This document shows positions 36,294-44,927 of a DNA stretch of 46,640 nucleotides, in pieces. The stretch is from Thermoanaerobaculia bacterium (GTDB lineage: Bacteria > Acidobacteriota > Thermoanaerobaculia > Gp7-AA8). How positions within the stretch are numbered: position 1 is the stretch's first letter; the number at the start of each line of letters is the position of its first letter. Below the pieces are notes generated by a model that was not told the DNA's origin, did no database searches, and saw only the letters and a list, made by a program, of their open reading frames with translations. Location: contig JBKJUK010000256.1 in assembly GCA_046590705.1 (NCBI GenBank), positions 1 through 46,640 of the forward strand, given 5' to 3'. Both the position numbers and the translations under genes were made by a program.

Positions 36294-38281
36294 AAGTAGT
36301 ACTCGAAATCATGTTCGGTGCGCACTCGCCGGCGAATCTGAAAGATCATGGCCGGAGAACCATGCGGGTTGATTGTGATCTGCTGCCTGCCTCCGTGCCA
36401 CGTATAACGGGCGCCGGTCAAAAGGTCGTGCGCCTGAAAGGTCGCATCGTTCTCGATGCCGAGGTCAGCGAGCGAGAGGTCCAGCAAACCGGACTGGGAC
36501 GAGTAGGGATCGAGATTGACCACGCAAAGGATCACGCTGGAGAAATCTGCAGTGGCTTTGCTGTAGCAGATCAACTGCTCGTTACTGATCGAGTGAAAGC
36601 GCAGCGATTGATTGCTGTGAAGGGCCGGACACTCGCGACGAATCCTGTTCACCCTGCCGATGAAATCACGCAGACTGTCGGGACGTTCGAGATCCCAGTT
36701 CCTGATCTCGTATTTCTCCGAGTGCAGGTACTCTTCCGATCCCGGGCTGGCGGGTTGATGCTCGCCCAGTTCGAAGGCAGGGCCATAGATGCCGTAGTTC
36801 GACGACATCGTGCCCGAGAGGACCAGGCGTGACATGAACGCAGCGCGTCCACCATGCTGCAATTGTTCGGTCAAAATGTCGGGAGTATTCGGCCATACGT
36901 TAGGTCGAAAAAAATCCTTCACGTCGGTCGTAGTCAACTCCGTGAAGTATTCAGTCAGTTCAACTTTGGAAGTACGCCAGGCGAAGTAGGTGTAGCTCTG
37001 ATTAAAGCCGGCCTTGGCAAGGTTGTACATGATGCGCGGACGCGTGAAGGCCTCGGCCAGGAAGATGCTGTCGGGATATACCGAACGCACCTCGGCGATT
37101 ACCCACTCCCAGAAAGGAAGCGGCTTGGTGTGCGGATTGTCGACGCGGAAAATGCGGACGCCCTGCTCAGCCCAGTAGAGAAAGATGTCGCGTAAATACT
37201 CCCAAAGCGATCGCCAGGAGGACGAGTCAAAGTTGAAGGGATAGATGTCCTGATATTTTTTGGGAGGATTCTCCGCATACTGCACCGTACCGTCAGGGCG
37301 TGTGAGAAACCACTCCGGATGCTCACGCACAGCAGGATGATCGGGCGAAGCCTGGAAGGCAATGTCCATGGCCAGCTCGAGTCCGAGCTCGCCAGCACGA
37401 GCGATCAGACTCCTGAAGTCTTCGAGCGTCCCGAGTTCAGGATGGATCGAAGTGTGCCCACCGAGCGAGCTTCCGATGGCCCAGGGACTTCCCGGTTCAC
37501 CGACTGCCGCAGTCACGGCGTTGTTCCTTCCCTTGCGATGAGAAATGCCGATGGGATGGATCGGCGGGAGATAAAGTACATCGAATCCCATCTCGGCGAT
37601 GTAAGGAAGTCGCACTTCGACATCGCGAAACGTTCCGTGACGACCTGCCTCGGCAGATGCGGAGCGGGGGAACATCTCGTACCAGGCCGAGAAGCCGGCC
37701 CGCGTCCGCTCGACTTGAATGACCAGCTTCTTTTCGTAGCGTGTGGCCAACGAGCGATCCGCGTTGCGACTCATGCGGAGTGTCAGGTCTTCATCGAGCG
37801 AGAGCGCCAGCTTCTCTTCCGAGTCTCCGGCCGCCCTGAGGGTAGAGATGACTTCCTCGAGGCGCTTCCGGTCCTTCGGCTGGCAACCCGAAAGAACATG
37901 CTCGACATGGTTGGAGCCGATGATGAACTGTACTTCGAGGTCTTCCCCTGCTGCGGCGCGCTTCTTCATGTCGCGCTGCCAGGAACCGAAATGATCGATC
38001 CAGGCCAGCAGCGTGTAGCAGTAGCTGCCGGGATGCGGAAGCGGAAACTCGGCCATCCAGCGGTCGTTCCCGAGCGGTTGCATAGGTGTTTCCTGCCACT
38101 CGGACTGGTCTGCAGAACGATGGAGAATCACTGCCGTGATCAGATCGTGACCGTCAGCGAAAATGTCGGCCTCGACGCGCCGCTGCTCACCCTCGACGGC
38201 TTTCGCCGGAAACCTTCCGCCATCCACCTCGGGGCGAACGCCTTCGATGACAACGCGTCTCCGCCCATCGTCCAATCGCAT
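36290..38281 (-). CDS. glgE: Alpha-1,4-glucan:maltose-1-phosphate maltosyltransferase
   Basis: FADGHD, WYEMFPRS, YLPPIHPIG, YAENPPKKYQDIY, FRVDNPHTKP, AEAFTRP and NTPDIL motifs. Confidence 0.96.
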   Translation of the reverse strand: MRLDDGRRRVVIEGVRPEVDGGRFPAKAVEGEQRRVEADIFADGHDLITAVILHRSADQSEWQETPMQPLGNDRWMAEFPLPHPGSYCYTLLAWIDHFGSWQRDMKKRAAAGEDLEVQFIIGSNHVEHVLSGCQPKDRKRLEEVISTLRAAGDSEEKLALSLDEDLTLRMSRNADRSLATRYEKKLVIQVERTRAGFSAWYEMFPRSASAEAGRHGTFRDVEVRLPYIAEMGFDVLYLPPIHPIGISHRKGRNNAVTAAVGEPGSPWAIGSSLGGHTSIHPELGTLEDFRSLIARAGELGLELAMDIAFQASPDHPAVREHPEWFLTRPDGTVQYAENPPKKYQDIYPFNFDSSSWRSLWEYLRDIFLYWAEQGVRIFRVDNPHTKPLPFWEWVIAEVRSVYPDSIFLAEAFTRPRIMYNLAKAGFNQSYTYFAWRTSKVELTEYFTELTTTDVKDFFRPNVWPNTPDILTEQLQHGGRAAFMSRLVLSGTMSSNYGIYGPAFELGEHQPASPGSEEYLHSEKYEIRNWDLERPDSLRDFIGRVNRIRRECPALHSNQSLRFHSISNEQLICYSKATADFSSVILCVVNLDPYSSQSGLLDLSLADLGIENDATFQAHDLLTGARYTWHGGRQQITINPHGSPAMIFQIRRRVRTEHDFEYYL

Positions 38282-38381
38282 CGTGTGCCGTACCGCTCCT
38301 TCAAATCGAACGACCGGGCCACCTCAGGCCGGGTGGTTTTCAGGGTCTTCAGACCGCTTTGGATTGCGAGTCTCATGCCTT

Positions 38382-38406
38382 GCGGGCCGGGGTCGGGGGC
38401 CGGAGC
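38382..38406 (+). repeat. G-rich heptad repeat arm (left arm of cassette)
   Basis: GCGGGCCGGGGTCGGGGGCCGGAGC. Confidence 0.75.
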
Positions 38407-38462
38407 GAAGAACACTGCATCCTCACTACTCCTGGTTCACGCCCCTGCCCGCATCGCCTGAA

Positions 38463-38640
38463 CGTCATTCCGATGAGCCGCGTGATGGTGGGAGATCTCG
38501 CAGCATTGAATGCGAAGAGGAATCTCAGGTCCGCGCGGACGCGGTGGATCGCCACGACCCTCGCGGCGCGGAACGGAGATTCCTCTTCGCGTCACCCCGC
38601 GCAAGCTTGCCCGAAGCACTCCGTGCTCATCGGAATGACG
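38463..38640. repeat. CGTC-type palindromic element, full copy (178 bp)
   Basis: Perfect 16-bp terminal IR CGTCATTCCGATGAGC/GCTCATCGGAATGACG and perfect 15-bp inner IR GCGAAGAGGAATCTC/GAGATTCCTCTTCGC. Confidence 0.9.
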
Positions 38641-38683
38641 GCGTGGTGTGGAACACAGGAGTACTGAAGCTGCCTTGTTGCTG

Positions 38684-38720
38684 GCTCCGGCCCCCTGACT
38701 CCGGCCCCCGGCCCGCATCA
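38684..38720 (-). repeat. G-rich heptad repeat arm (right, inverted)
   Basis: Minus strand reads TGATGCGGGCCGGGGGCCGGAGTCAGGGGGCCGGAGC. Confidence 0.85.
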
Positions 38721-38759
38721 TCCCCCGACCCGCATCTCTTGATAGGATGCACCCTGATC

Positions 38760-39770
38760 ATGAATCAGATCACCATCAACGTTCGCTACCCGCCCGGAAA
38801 AGGGACCATCGCACTCCGCACCGAGCATGACTGGGATCGGACGCTCGAGCCGGATTCATACGACGAGGAAAGTTTTCAAGCCGCTTTCCTCATCGACACC
38901 GAGCGCCCTCACTTCTACTTCAAGCCCGTGCTGCTCGCAGACGGCGAGGAAATGGCGTGGGCTCGAGGCGGCAACTATCTGGCCATCATGAATGTGCAGC
39001 CGAGCCGCAACGTCTATCCACACTTTTATGATGAACGGGGCTCGACGATCTGCGAAAAGTTCGAGCCGCCGTCATTCAGTTCCGACTCGCATGCGGTGCG
39101 CATCTTTCTTCCTCCCGGATACGAAGAGAACACACTCAAGCGGTACCCGGTGCTCTACATGCAGGACGCGCACAATCTGTTCTTTCCGCATGAAGCCTTC
39201 ACAGGAGAGCACTGGCGAATCAGCGAGACACTGGACATCCTCACCTCGATGAACATCATCCGGAAATCGATCGTGGTCGGAATCTATCCGAATGACCGCC
39301 TGGTGGAGTTCACGAATCCGGGCTACGAAGAGTACGGGCGCTATGTCGTCGATGACCTCAAGCCGTTGGTCGATGCCAGATACCGCACTTTGAAAGATCG
39401 CGAGAACACCGCGGTCATGGGTTCCTCACTCGGAGGGGTGGTGTCGTTCTTCCTGGCCTGGCAATACCCCGACGTCTTCGGTAAAGCCGCGTGCATGTCG
39501 AGCACATTCGGTTTTCGTGACGACCTGATGGAACGGGTCCGCCGCGAGGATAAACCGGACCTGCAGCTCTATCTCGACAGCGGCTGGCCGGAGGATAATT
39601 ACGAGGCCACCAGAACGATGAGGGACCTGTTGCTCAAGCAGGGCTTCGAGTCGGGCCGCGACCTGTTGTACTTTGCATTCCCTAACGCTCTGCACAACGA
39701 GCGTTACTGGGCCATGAGAAGTCACATTCCATTTCAATATTTCTTCGGTAAAGTCCCCCATGGCGAATAG
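38760..39770 (+). CDS. Alpha/beta-hydrolase esterase (PF00756-like) with N-terminal beta domain
   Basis: LPPGY, YPVLYMQD, GSSLGG nucleophile elbow, LYLDSG and HNERYW motifs. Start ATG 38760; the upstream part of the tracked ORF is repeat DNA. Confidence 0.88.
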   Translation: MNQITINVRYPPGKGTIALRTEHDWDRTLEPDSYDEESFQAAFLIDTERPHFYFKPVLLADGEEMAWARGGNYLAIMNVQPSRNVYPHFYDERGSTICEKFEPPSFSSDSHAVRIFLPPGYEENTLKRYPVLYMQDAHNLFFPHEAFTGEHWRISETLDILTSMNIIRKSIVVGIYPNDRLVEFTNPGYEEYGRYVVDDLKPLVDARYRTLKDRENTAVMGSSLGGVVSFFLAWQYPDVFGKAACMSSTFGFRDDLMERVRREDKPDLQLYLDSGWPEDNYEATRTMRDLLLKQGFESGRDLLYFAFPNALHNERYWAMRSHIPFQYFFGKVPHGE

Positions 39771-40554
39771 CGCTGCAAACACCTCACGGCTGCATCCGCA
39801 AGTCGATTTTCTGGAAGCGCTCGCCGACCTCGGTGGCCATAAGCTTTTCTTCCGACGTGGCGGCACAGGTGGTCCGGCCATCCTCTTTGAAACAGGCTGC
39901 GGAACCTCTGCGGATGACTGGAAGGAAGTGCAAACTGCACTCTCGCTATCGAGTACCACCCTGGCCTACGACCGGGCAGGATGTGGGCGCAGCGATCGCG
40001 GGGCCGGTCCTCGTACGCCCGGCACGATCGTGGCTGAGCTTCGACTGCTTTTGCGCGCGCTGCAGATGGCACCTCCATACATACTGGTGGGACATTCTCT
40101 GGGAGGCCTCAGCATGCGGCTCTTCGCCCATCTGTACGGCCCTGAAGTTGCCGGGATGATCCTTGTCGATTCGGCGCACGAAGAGATGCGCAGCCGGCTG
40201 CCGGCTGACTACTGGTCACACGAGCAGAGTAGCGTCGCGCGCATGTCCGGCATCGGACGCGAAGAAGCGCTCTCACTCGAGCGCGGCTTCGACGAGTTGC
40301 GGAACGCTGGAAGTTCTCTCGGCGAACTTCCGCTGACGGTCATCACGGCCGGGCGAAAGTTTTTCGACGCTCCAAGGGGAATCCGCAGGACGCCGATCCG
40401 CGCAGCGTGGTCAGAACTCCAGCGCGACCTCGTGGCACGATCGTCAGCGGGCCGTCAGGTTCTGGTTCGCGACTCCGGCCATTCCGTCCATCGCGAGCGG
40501 CCTGACCTCGTCATCGAGGAACTGCAACGGATGCTGGAACTGGTGCGGAGATAA
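39760..40554 (+). CDS. Alpha/beta fold hydrolase
   Basis: YDRAGCGRS, LVGHSLGG, GMILVDS and SGHSVH motifs. Confidence 0.88.
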   Translation: MANSAANTSRLHPQVDFLEALADLGGHKLFFRRGGTGGPAILFETGCGTSADDWKEVQTALSLSSTTLAYDRAGCGRSDRGAGPRTPGTIVAELRLLLRALQMAPPYILVGHSLGGLSMRLFAHLYGPEVAGMILVDSAHEEMRSRLPADYWSHEQSSVARMSGIGREEALSLERGFDELRNAGSSLGELPLTVITAGRKFFDAPRGIRRTPIRAAWSELQRDLVARSSAGRQVLVRDSGHSVHRERPDLVIEELQRMLELVRR

Positions 40555-40611
40555 AAGTGAGGCGCAGCACGCAGAACGGAACAGAGCGAAACTTCGGCAA
40601 TGGAGTGATCA

Positions 40612-40642
40612 GTGGAGCACAGGCAATCCTGCCTGTGGCGCG
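40612..40642 (+). repeat. Solo GTGG-type REP arm (GTGGAG variant)
   Basis: GTGGAGCACAGGCAATCCTGCCTGTGGCGCG. Confidence 0.88.
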
Positions 40643-40693
40643 CGACAAAACTCATCGCGACGCTTTGAGGACGAACGCGGAGTTCGCGCAGGC

Positions 40694-43105
40694 ATGACGA
40701 GATCAATCTGCATCCACGGTCATTTCTATCAGCCCCCACGCGAAAATCCGTGGCTCGACACCGTGGAGATGCAGGATTCCGCCGCTCCGTTTCATGACTG
40801 GAACGAGCGCATCACCGAAGAATGCTATGCGCCGAACGGCGCCTCTCGCATTCTCGACAGCGAAGAAAGAATCGTAAGGATCGTCAATAACTACTCGCGG
40901 ATCAGTTTCAATTTCGGGCCGACACTGCTGACCTGGCTGGAACGACACGCGCGGGAAACGTACGACGCCATTCTTGCCGCGGACCGCGAGAGCAGCAGCG
41001 TCTTTTCCGGTCATGGTTCGGCCATCGCCCAGTCGTACAACCATCTGATCATGCCGCTGGCGAATCAGCGCGACCAGAGAACTCAGGTGGTCTGGGGAAT
41101 GCGTGACTTCGAGGCGCGTTTCGGTCGAAAAGCGGAAGGAATGTGGCTGCCGGAAACGGCTGTCGACATCGCCTCGCTGGAAGCTCTCGCCGATGCCGGA
41201 GTGAAGTACACGATTCTCGAGCCGCATCAGGCCTTGCGCGTCCGTCCGTCTGCCTCGACAGAATGGCTGGATGTATCGGGTCGTCCCGTCGATTCAAAGC
41301 AGCCCTACAAGACGCTTCTCCCGTCGGGACGCTCGCTCGCAATCTTCTTCTACGACGGCCCGATCTCTCGAGCGGTTGCCTTCGAGCGTCTACTCACCCG
41401 CGGTGAATTTCTGGCAAATCGATTACTTGGCGCTTTTTCTGACACAACGGACGCTCATCAGCTGGTGAACATCGCCACGGATGGAGAGACGTACGGACAT
41501 CACCATCGCTTCGGCGATATGGCTCTGGCATACGCGCTCGACACCATCCAGCGCGTCGAACCCGCGCAACTCACCAACTACGGCGAATATCTCGAAGAGC
41601 ACCCACCGAGCTGGGAGGTAGACGTTGCCGAGAACACTTCATGGAGTTGCGTGCATGGCGTGGAGCGGTGGCGAAGTGACTGTGGTTGTCATACCGGCGG
41701 CGCAGAGGGCTGGAACCAGAGTTGGCGCCACCCTCTTCGGAATGCACTGGACATGTTGCGGGACGCGGTACTGCCGATCTTCGAAGAGCGTGCGGCCGTT
41801 TTGCTCGACGATCCATGGCGCGCGCGCGACAACTACATCGAGGTCATCCTCGACCGCTCCGACGAAGCGCTGGACCGTTATTTCACGCGCGAGCAGAAGC
41901 GAGCGCTGACCGAGGTCGAGCGCGTCGAGGCGCTTCAGCTTCTGGAAATGCAGCGGCATGCCATGCTGATGTACACGAGCTGCGGATGGTTCTTCAACGA
42001 TGTCTCCGGAATTGAGACCGAACAGGTGCTGCATTTTGCCGGTCGGGTTGCGCAGCTCGCAGCGCTCTTCACGAGCGAGCCGATCGAACAGCGTTTCATC
42101 GAACTGCTCCGGCTTGCGCGTAGCAACGTGGCCAGCCAGGGTGATGCGGCCACGATGTACGAAGCCCGGGTCAAGACCACCATGCTCGACCTGGCGCGCG
42201 TGGCCGCTCACTGGGCGGTTCTCAGTCAGTTCGAGCAACAGGAACGTGAGAGCAGCGTGTACTGCTACGACGTCCGTCGCGAGGATGTCACCACGCTCGA
42301 GAGCGGGCGCTCGCGTCTTACCGTTGGTAGAATCCGAGTCACCTCGCGTATCACACGCGCATTCGAAACATTCGACTTTGGACTTCTCTACCTGGGCGAC
42401 GTCCATCTGACCGGTGGCGCGCGCATCAGTCGTGGTGACGAAGCGTTCGATGAACTTCGGAAGCAGATGTCCGACTCGCCATTCGGCACCGACTTCACAT
42501 CTGTAGTTCGACTGCTGGATCAGCAGTTCGAAAGTCTCACCTTCTCGATCCGTTCTCTTTTCAGGGACGAGCAGCGCCGAGTCCTCAGCAAGATCTGCGA
42601 CGTCACCCTCGGTGAAGCTGAGATCGCGCTCCGTCAGCTGCATGAAAAGTATGTTCCGCTGATGCGTTACCACCACGAACTCGGCATCCCGCTCCCGCGC
42701 GTTCTGGGAGTCGCTGCGGAGTTCGACCTGAATCTCAGATTGCAGCGTGCCATTCAAGCCGAGGAGCTTCCGATCGCCGAGATCGAAGGACTCTGGCGGC
42801 AGGCGCGATCAGAAGATGTCACACCAGACGCGACGTCTCTCTTCGTTCTCGAGCGACGCATCGATCGAATGGTCGACACGGTCTCGCATGCTCCGACAAA
42901 TCTCGAGGCTATGCAGAAGCTGCTGTCCGCTGTTCTTTTGGTCCGACGACTCACGCTCAATGTAGACCTGTGGCGAGCGCAAAATCTATTCAACCGACTT
43001 CGCAGCGCAACGTTCGAAGCGCAGAACCAGGTGGACGACGCCGATTCGAAGAACTGGATCGCCGCCTATCAGGAACTGGCAAGCGCGCTGCGATTCAGAA
43101 TGTGA
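40694..43105 (+). CDS. Glycoside hydrolase family 57 protein with DUF3536
   Basis: IHGHFYQPPRENPW, WLPETAVD, ATDGETYGHH, SWSCVHGVERW and MYTSCGWFF motifs. Confidence 0.92.
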   Translation: MTRSICIHGHFYQPPRENPWLDTVEMQDSAAPFHDWNERITEECYAPNGASRILDSEERIVRIVNNYSRISFNFGPTLLTWLERHARETYDAILAADRESSSVFSGHGSAIAQSYNHLIMPLANQRDQRTQVVWGMRDFEARFGRKAEGMWLPETAVDIASLEALADAGVKYTILEPHQALRVRPSASTEWLDVSGRPVDSKQPYKTLLPSGRSLAIFFYDGPISRAVAFERLLTRGEFLANRLLGAFSDTTDAHQLVNIATDGETYGHHHRFGDMALAYALDTIQRVEPAQLTNYGEYLEEHPPSWEVDVAENTSWSCVHGVERWRSDCGCHTGGAEGWNQSWRHPLRNALDMLRDAVLPIFEERAAVLLDDPWRARDNYIEVILDRSDEALDRYFTREQKRALTEVERVEALQLLEMQRHAMLMYTSCGWFFNDVSGIETEQVLHFAGRVAQLAALFTSEPIEQRFIELLRLARSNVASQGDAATMYEARVKTTMLDLARVAAHWAVLSQFEQQERESSVYCYDVRREDVTTLESGRSRLTVGRIRVTSRITRAFETFDFGLLYLGDVHLTGGARISRGDEAFDELRKQMSDSPFGTDFTSVVRLLDQQFESLTFSIRSLFRDEQRRVLSKICDVTLGEAEIALRQLHEKYVPLMRYHHELGIPLPRVLGVAAEFDLNLRLQRAIQAEELPIAEIEGLWRQARSEDVTPDATSLFVLERRIDRMVDTVSHAPTNLEAMQKLLSAVLLVRRLTLNVDLWRAQNLFNRLRSATFEAQNQVDDADSKNWIAAYQELASALRFRM

Positions 43106-43109
43106 GGGG

Positions 43110-43146
43110 TGATGCAGGCCGGGGGCCGGGGTCGTGGGGCCGGGGC
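43110..43146 (+). repeat. G-rich heptad repeat arm with canonical G-quadruplex pattern
   Basis: TGATGCAGGCC-GGGGG-CC-GGGG-TCGT-GGGG-CC-GGGG-C, 4 nt after the GH57 stop. Confidence 0.85.
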
Positions 43147-43250
43147 TGCTGAACGCGGAAACTCAGAAGCTAGAAGGAAGAAAAGGTCAATGGCTGTAGG
43201 GATTTCTTTCTCACTTCGTCGTTCTGCGTTCGGCGTTCTGCGTTCATCAG
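43146..43250 (+). repeat. GAACGCA-heptamer hairpin element, copy B
   Basis: CTGCTGAACGC...GCGTTCATCAG ends, TGCGTTC-type heptads on the right, and a core shared with 11893-11997. Confidence 0.75.
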
Positions 43251-43388
43251 TCTTCGAAGTCAGAGGGTCCCGTCACAGGCAGGATTGCCCGTGCCACACA
43301 TCCCCATTGCTGGCGACCAGTCTGCCTGGTTATCACGTGTTCGAAGTCAGAGCGTCCCGACACAGGCAGGATTGCCTGTGCTCCACAC
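43251..43388 (+). repeat. Two tandem right-half REPIN fragments (43251-43300, 43340-43388)
   Basis: Each reads TTCGAAGTCAGAG.GTCCCG.CACAGGCAGGATTGCCYGTGC..., matching the right flank and arm of the full copies. Confidence 0.88.
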
Positions 43389-43455
43389 GTCTCTGTACGA
43401 GATCGAGAGCGGGACGAAGTCCAGCGCGAACGCAACACGCGCACCCGCGAACGTA

Positions 43456-43576
43456 GCGTGATCAAACGGGGTCAGATGCGAGGCGGAGCGAGGTCGGACG
43501 GTGAGGCGTGGCCCAAGCCACGTTGAAACCGGCCGGCCGAAGCGACAACGAAGCAGATGGCCTCGTTTCATCACGC
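43456..43576 (+). repeat. Structured palindromic element (MITE-like or ncRNA), copy 2
   Basis: 19-bp imperfect outer stem with invariant GATGCGAGGCG (43475-43485) and AACGAAGCAGA (43547-43557). Ends 3 nt from the pfk stop. Confidence 0.8.
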
Positions 43577-43579
43577 GGC

Positions 43580-44746
43580 CTAATGAAGGAACATCGGGAG
43601 GCCCAGGACTTCCTGCACCCTCGGTCGATAATTCTCACGATCGTAAAAATGATCGACATCCACTCGTTTGATTCCTTCTCCGCCCAGTTGAATGGGCACC
43701 GAGGTGTAACGCCCACCGAGGATCGCTACCATTCGACCCGTCTCTCCTCGTAGTGCGAGGCTCGCAGCGAGGGTTCCGAAATTGTTCGACACCAGCTGAT
43801 CGAGAGAGTCAGGTGGACCAGACCGCATCAGATAACCGAGTTTCTGATAAATCACCCTGTCTTCGGTGCGTCGCTCGATGTAGTCGGCGAGATAGGCGCC
43901 GACGCCGCCGAGTTTCCTGTTCCCGAAAGAGTCAGGCTCGCCACTCACGAAAGGCTGACCGCCGATCGGAGCGGCACCCTCTGACACAGCAACCACTGCG
44001 TAGTTGCTCGGATTTTGACTCTTGTCCCGTTTCAAAAGCTCGAGAACTTTCTCCGGATCGAATGGAACTTCTGCGAGAAGCGCACGATCCGTACTTGCCA
44101 GATACGAGCTGAGAAGACAGGTTTCGCCTGAGTTTCTGCCGAACAGTTCGACTACCAGAAAGCGCTCGTGCGAGCCGGCAGCGGTCCTGAGGTCATTGAT
44201 GAAGCTCACCGAACGGGTGATGGCCGTAGAGAATCCGATGCAGTAGTCAGTTCCGAACACGTCGTTATCCATGGTCTTGGGGATGGCCACGACAGGAAAC
44301 CCTTCGAGGTCCAGCCTTCGTGCAAACGACAGCGTGCCGTCTCCACCGATGGCGATGAGCGCGTCCAGTTCGAGAAACTGCAGGCTCTTCACTGCAACGG
44401 AGGTGAGGTCATATCTTCCGCGATCGGAAAGCTGGCCTGTTTCATTCCGTAGATGCTCCGGCACCTGGGCGGGCTTGAGTAGCGCGGGGTTGGTGCGCGA
44501 ACTGTGAAGGATTGTTCCGCCGGTTCGATCGATCGTGCGGGTATTGCTGCGGTCGAGAGGGGTGACCCACCGGCTGTTGTCGAATCCCTTTTCCGGAATC
44601 ACGTTGAGCAGAGCGGCCCAGCCGCGTCGAAGGCCCACGACCTCACATTCCGCGTCCGACATCCGCCAGACCAGAGATTTGATGGCCGCATTCAGGCCTG
44701 GTACGTCGCCGCCACCTGTGAGGATCCCTACTCTCTTCAAAACCAT
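43580..44746 (-). CDS. pfkA: 6-phosphofructokinase (PfkA family, group III-like)
   Basis: ILTGGGDVPGLNA, GGTILHSSR, IGGDGT, PKTMDND and LGYLMRSG motifs. RBS AGGAGAG. Confidence 0.9.
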   Translation of the reverse strand: MVLKRVGILTGGGDVPGLNAAIKSLVWRMSDAECEVVGLRRGWAALLNVIPEKGFDNSRWVTPLDRSNTRTIDRTGGTILHSSRTNPALLKPAQVPEHLRNETGQLSDRGRYDLTSVAVKSLQFLELDALIAIGGDGTLSFARRLDLEGFPVVAIPKTMDNDVFGTDYCIGFSTAITRSVSFINDLRTAAGSHERFLVVELFGRNSGETCLLSSYLASTDRALLAEVPFDPEKVLELLKRDKSQNPSNYAVVAVSEGAAPIGGQPFVSGEPDSFGNRKLGGVGAYLADYIERRTEDRVIYQKLGYLMRSGPPDSLDQLVSNNFGTLAASLALRGETGRMVAILGGRYTSVPIQLGGEGIKRVDVDHFYDRENYRPRVQEVLGLPMFLH

Positions 44747-44927
44747 TCTCTCCTAACCAGCCGCTCGCCGCCGCACTGCTCATCGATGGTCCTCCGCATG
44801 TTCAGACTTCGCGGCCAGAATTTCAACTGTCGCAGCGGTATGAAAAATGAAAGATACGAAAACATCTGATCATGAAACGAAACTACACTGCATTGTCACC
44901 AATCCATGTGAGGACCCGGAATACTGC

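Noticed and set aside
38163-38759. N-terminal extension of the esterase ORF
   Set aside because: It overlaps the glgE start and the repeat cassette, and has no domain signal.
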